A DNA stretch of 63,961 nucleotides, the filler included, from Octopus bimaculoides (Eukaryota), in NCBI RefSeq assembly GCF_001194135.2. It is 5 parts of 5 records of this genome, joined end to end, with 100 filler letters (N's around TTAATTAATTAA, not from the genome) between each part and the next. Parts side by side here need not be neighbours in the genome. Positions count along the whole stretch, not along the records: positions 61,131 to 62,823 come from NC_068985.1; positions 62,924 to 63,961 come from NC_068991.1; 3 more parts are not named here. One strand, written 5' to 3'. The notes below the pieces were generated by a model. That model ran no database searches. It saw only the letters and a list, made by a program, of their open reading frames with translations, and had not been told where the DNA came from. The translations under genes were made by a program, and so were the position numbers. Below, one piece after another: positions 61,131-63,961 of the stretch (position 1 is the stretch's first letter; every line of letters starts with the position of its first letter).

Positions 61131-62823
61131 ACGGCTACGAGTAATATGTTTCTCCGAGTCGGGCGGGAGGTGGGGGTGGGGTGTTGGTCCTACTAAAAAG
61201 AAACCGGGTAACCGAGAAAAAGTTGGGTTTTTTTTCTGATCCAGAGGGCAGGCTGGTCGTTCTGGACCTGACATACAGTTGTGGCAAGATAATCAGGCTA
61301 GTTGCTATTTATGCACCCATTTATGCAAAGTGAATATTTTCGTGACCTGGGCAAGTTCCTGGCCACGTTGCATTCGCTAGTATTGTTAGGAGACTTTAAC
61401 ACAATATGTGAGGCACACACAGATTGTGTTGGCTCTAACACGAACAGAAAATGTAACCCAGGCTTACGGGATCTGCTAAGTCACTTTCAGCTAGCAGACC
61501 CATATAGGTTGGAACACCCGAACACTCCACAGTGGACGTGGTCAAATAGTGACGGGTCTACCAGAACATATCTAGATAGGATTTTAATTAGAGAAACAGA
61601 TAAGTCTATAGCTAAGTGTCCACAGTTTTTTCCAGTGAGCTACAGTGACCACAAGATGGTTACCTGTAAACTGACAATAGAGAAGTTACATAGTCAGGGA
61701 TCTGGCTACTGGAAACTCAATACGTCCCTTTTGGCGATTGAGGAATACAGAAAACGGATCAAGATGTTAATTCAGAGGGCATTGACAGGTACCATCATTA
61801 ATAACAAATGGTGGTACACCCTAAAAAGAGCCATCAAATATGAGTCTATTAGGTTTAGCANNNNNNNNNNNNNNNNNNNNNNNNNNNNNNNNNNNNNNNN
61901 NNNNNNNNNNNNNNNNNNNNNNNNNNNNNNNNNNNNNNNNNNNNNNNNNNNNNNNNNNNNNNNNNNNNNNNNNNNNNNNNNNNNNNNNNNNNNNNNNNNN
62001 NNNNNNNNNNNNNNNNNNNNNNNNNNNNNNNNNNNNNNNNNNNNNNNNNNNNNNNNNNNNNNNNNNNNNNNNNNNNNNNNNNNNNNNNNNNNNNNNNNNN
62101 NNNNNNNNNNNNNNNNNNNNNNNNNNNNNNNNNNNNNNNNNNNNNNNNNNNNNNNNNNNNNNNNNNNNNNNNNNNNNNNNNNNNNNNNNNNNNNNNNNNN
62201 NNNNNNNNNNNNNNNNNNNNNNNNNNNNNNNNNNNNNNNNNNNNNNNNNNNNNNNNNNNNNNNNNNNNNNNNNNNNCTACTGACTGAGGTTTACGCGAAC
62301 TGGCAACAGAATGGGTTTATCCCCAGATCTGTGCGCCGGGGAGTAGTGACGTTGGTCAGAAAGGACCCGGACAAGGGGGACGTTATAGAGAATTTCAGGC
62401 ACATCACTCTGTTAAACGCAGCAGTGAAGATTTTGGCCAAGATCTTGGCGAAAAGGTTGGCGCGTGTCGCGGATGGTATAGTCGGGGAGGCACAGACATG
62501 TGCCATCTCAGGCAGAACCATTCAGGATACCCTCCATCTTATTCGCTATACCATAGAGAGGGTTGATAATAAATCTGGCAAAGGTGGGGCACTGGTACAT
62601 TTGGACCAGTCTAAAGCTTTTGATAGGGTTGACCATCGATACCTGCCGATTGTACTTGCGCGGTTCGGCTTGGGCATTGGCTTCCTCAGGTGGTTTATTG
62701 CTTTGTACCACAACATTGACTCGATAGTTCGGGTTAACGGTTTCCTTTCGAAGCCGTTCTGTATCAGACGCTCGGTTCGTCAAGGATGTCCGCTCTCACC
62801 GCTTTTGTATGTGGTGGCTCTCG
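61131..62823 (+). mobile_element. L1/Tx1-clade LINE ORF2 fragment (APE endonuclease and RT), frameshifted near 61320
   Basis: EN motifs GRLVVLD, IYAP, LLGDFN, YLDR, SDH, GYWKLN; RT motifs NFRHITLLN, LDQSKAFDRVDH, VRQGCPLSPLLY; the IYAP frame stops (TGA) and differs from the long frame starting at 61302; gap 61861-62276. Confidence 0.92.
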
Positions 62824-62923
62824 NNNNNNNNNNNNNNNNNNNNNNNNNNNNNNNNNNNNNNNNNNNNTTAATTAATTAANNNNNNNNNNNNNNNNNNNNN
62901 NNNNNNNNNNNNNNNNNNNNNNN
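62824..62923. other. Artificial scaffold-join linker 44N-TTAATTAATTAA-44N
   Basis: Exactly 100 bp. Confidence 0.93.
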
Positions 62924-63220
62924 TGGTCTCTTTTGCTAGACCGCTAAGTTACGGGGATGTAAACACACCAGCATCGGTTGTCAAGCAATGTTGAGGGGAC
63001 AAACATAGACACACAAACATATACACACACATACATATATATATATATACATACATATATATGACGGGCTTCTTTCAGTTTCCGTCTACCAAATCCACTC
63101 ACAAGGCTTTGGTTGGCCTGAGGCTATAGTAGAAGGCACTTGCCCAAGGTGCCATGCAGTGGAACTGAACCCGGAACCATGTTGTTCGTAACCAAGCTAC
63201 TTACCTCACAGCCACTCCAC
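62924..63220 (-). mobile_element. SINE family B (3' end cut by join)
   Basis: High similarity to 31900-32244. Confidence 0.88.
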
Positions 63221-63231
63221 ATATATATATG

Positions 63232-63430
63232 TGTGTCTTGTGTCTTTGTTTGTCCCCCACCACCGCTGTGTATATGTCCCCCATAACTTAGTGGTTTAGC
63301 AAAAGAGACCAATAGAATAAGTATTAGACTTTTAAAAATTAGATTAGAGTTGATTTATTTAACTAAAACCATTCAAGGTGGTGCCCCAGCATGGTCACAT
63401 TCAAATGACTGATACAAGTAAAAGATAGAA
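63232..63430 (+). mobile_element. 3' half of SINE family B, inverted relative to the adjacent copy
   Basis: CCCCATAACTTAGTGGTTTAGCAAAAGAGACCAATAGAATAAGTA...CCAGCATGG...AGTAAAAGATA. Confidence 0.75.
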
Positions 63431-63917
63431 GATAAAAGATACTTGAAGCAAAATAAATAAATAAATAAAAATAAGTATAAAATAAATAAATAAAAGGAAG
63501 TTCAGTTTGTCTATGTCTCATGTTTTTATAACAGTCATAGATATTTTATATATATAGTCATAGAAAAAAATTAAACTTGTTTTAGTGCAAGGAAATTTTG
63601 GAAACCTGTTCTACTGACATGTTCATTCAGAAAAAAATATAAACAAGGAAATATACTATTTCAGTACATCTGGGATTTCCAGAAACTTAAAAAAGAAAAT
63701 ATTGTCACCACAATAGATCACCTGATATATAGCACATGTAATTTTAAAATTCTTTTATTGTTACATCATTATCATCTCCATTTAACATCCGTCTTCCATG
63801 CTGGCATGAATTGGACAACAAACAAATATGTGTGTGTGTGCTGGTTAGATATCAATGAGACTGTATATTTATGTGTATGTATATATATATGTGTGTGTGT
63901 GTGAGTGTGTGTATGTG

Positions 63918-63961
<44 letters not shown>

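Overview
AT-rich, microsatellite-dense eukaryotic DNA with about 7 kb of N gaps. The SINE families and repeat landscape suggest a coleoid cephalopod, probably Octopus (pattern recognition, not a database result). No intact host gene, genuine tRNA/rRNA gene or CRISPR array is supportable, and nearly all listed ORFs are translations of microsatellites or gaps. The window is intergenic or intronic and filled with transposon relics: several tRNA-derived SINE families, three R4/Dong-like RLE-LINE fragments, two L1/Tx1-like LINE copies, a CR1 inserted into a hAT MITE, a mariner remnant, and Penelope-like element (PLE) remnants. The most notable signal is four minimal hammerhead-ribozyme motifs from two PLE families, two of them in an inverted pLTR pair; all four carry some deviation from an ideal fold. 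Also notable are a cluster of foldback elements at 37.8-38.5 kb and a 45-bp minisatellite that repeats a 3' splice-site-like sequence. Four 44N-TTAATTAATTAA-44N linkers are artificial scaffold joins, so the window may be five pieces that are not truly adjacent.
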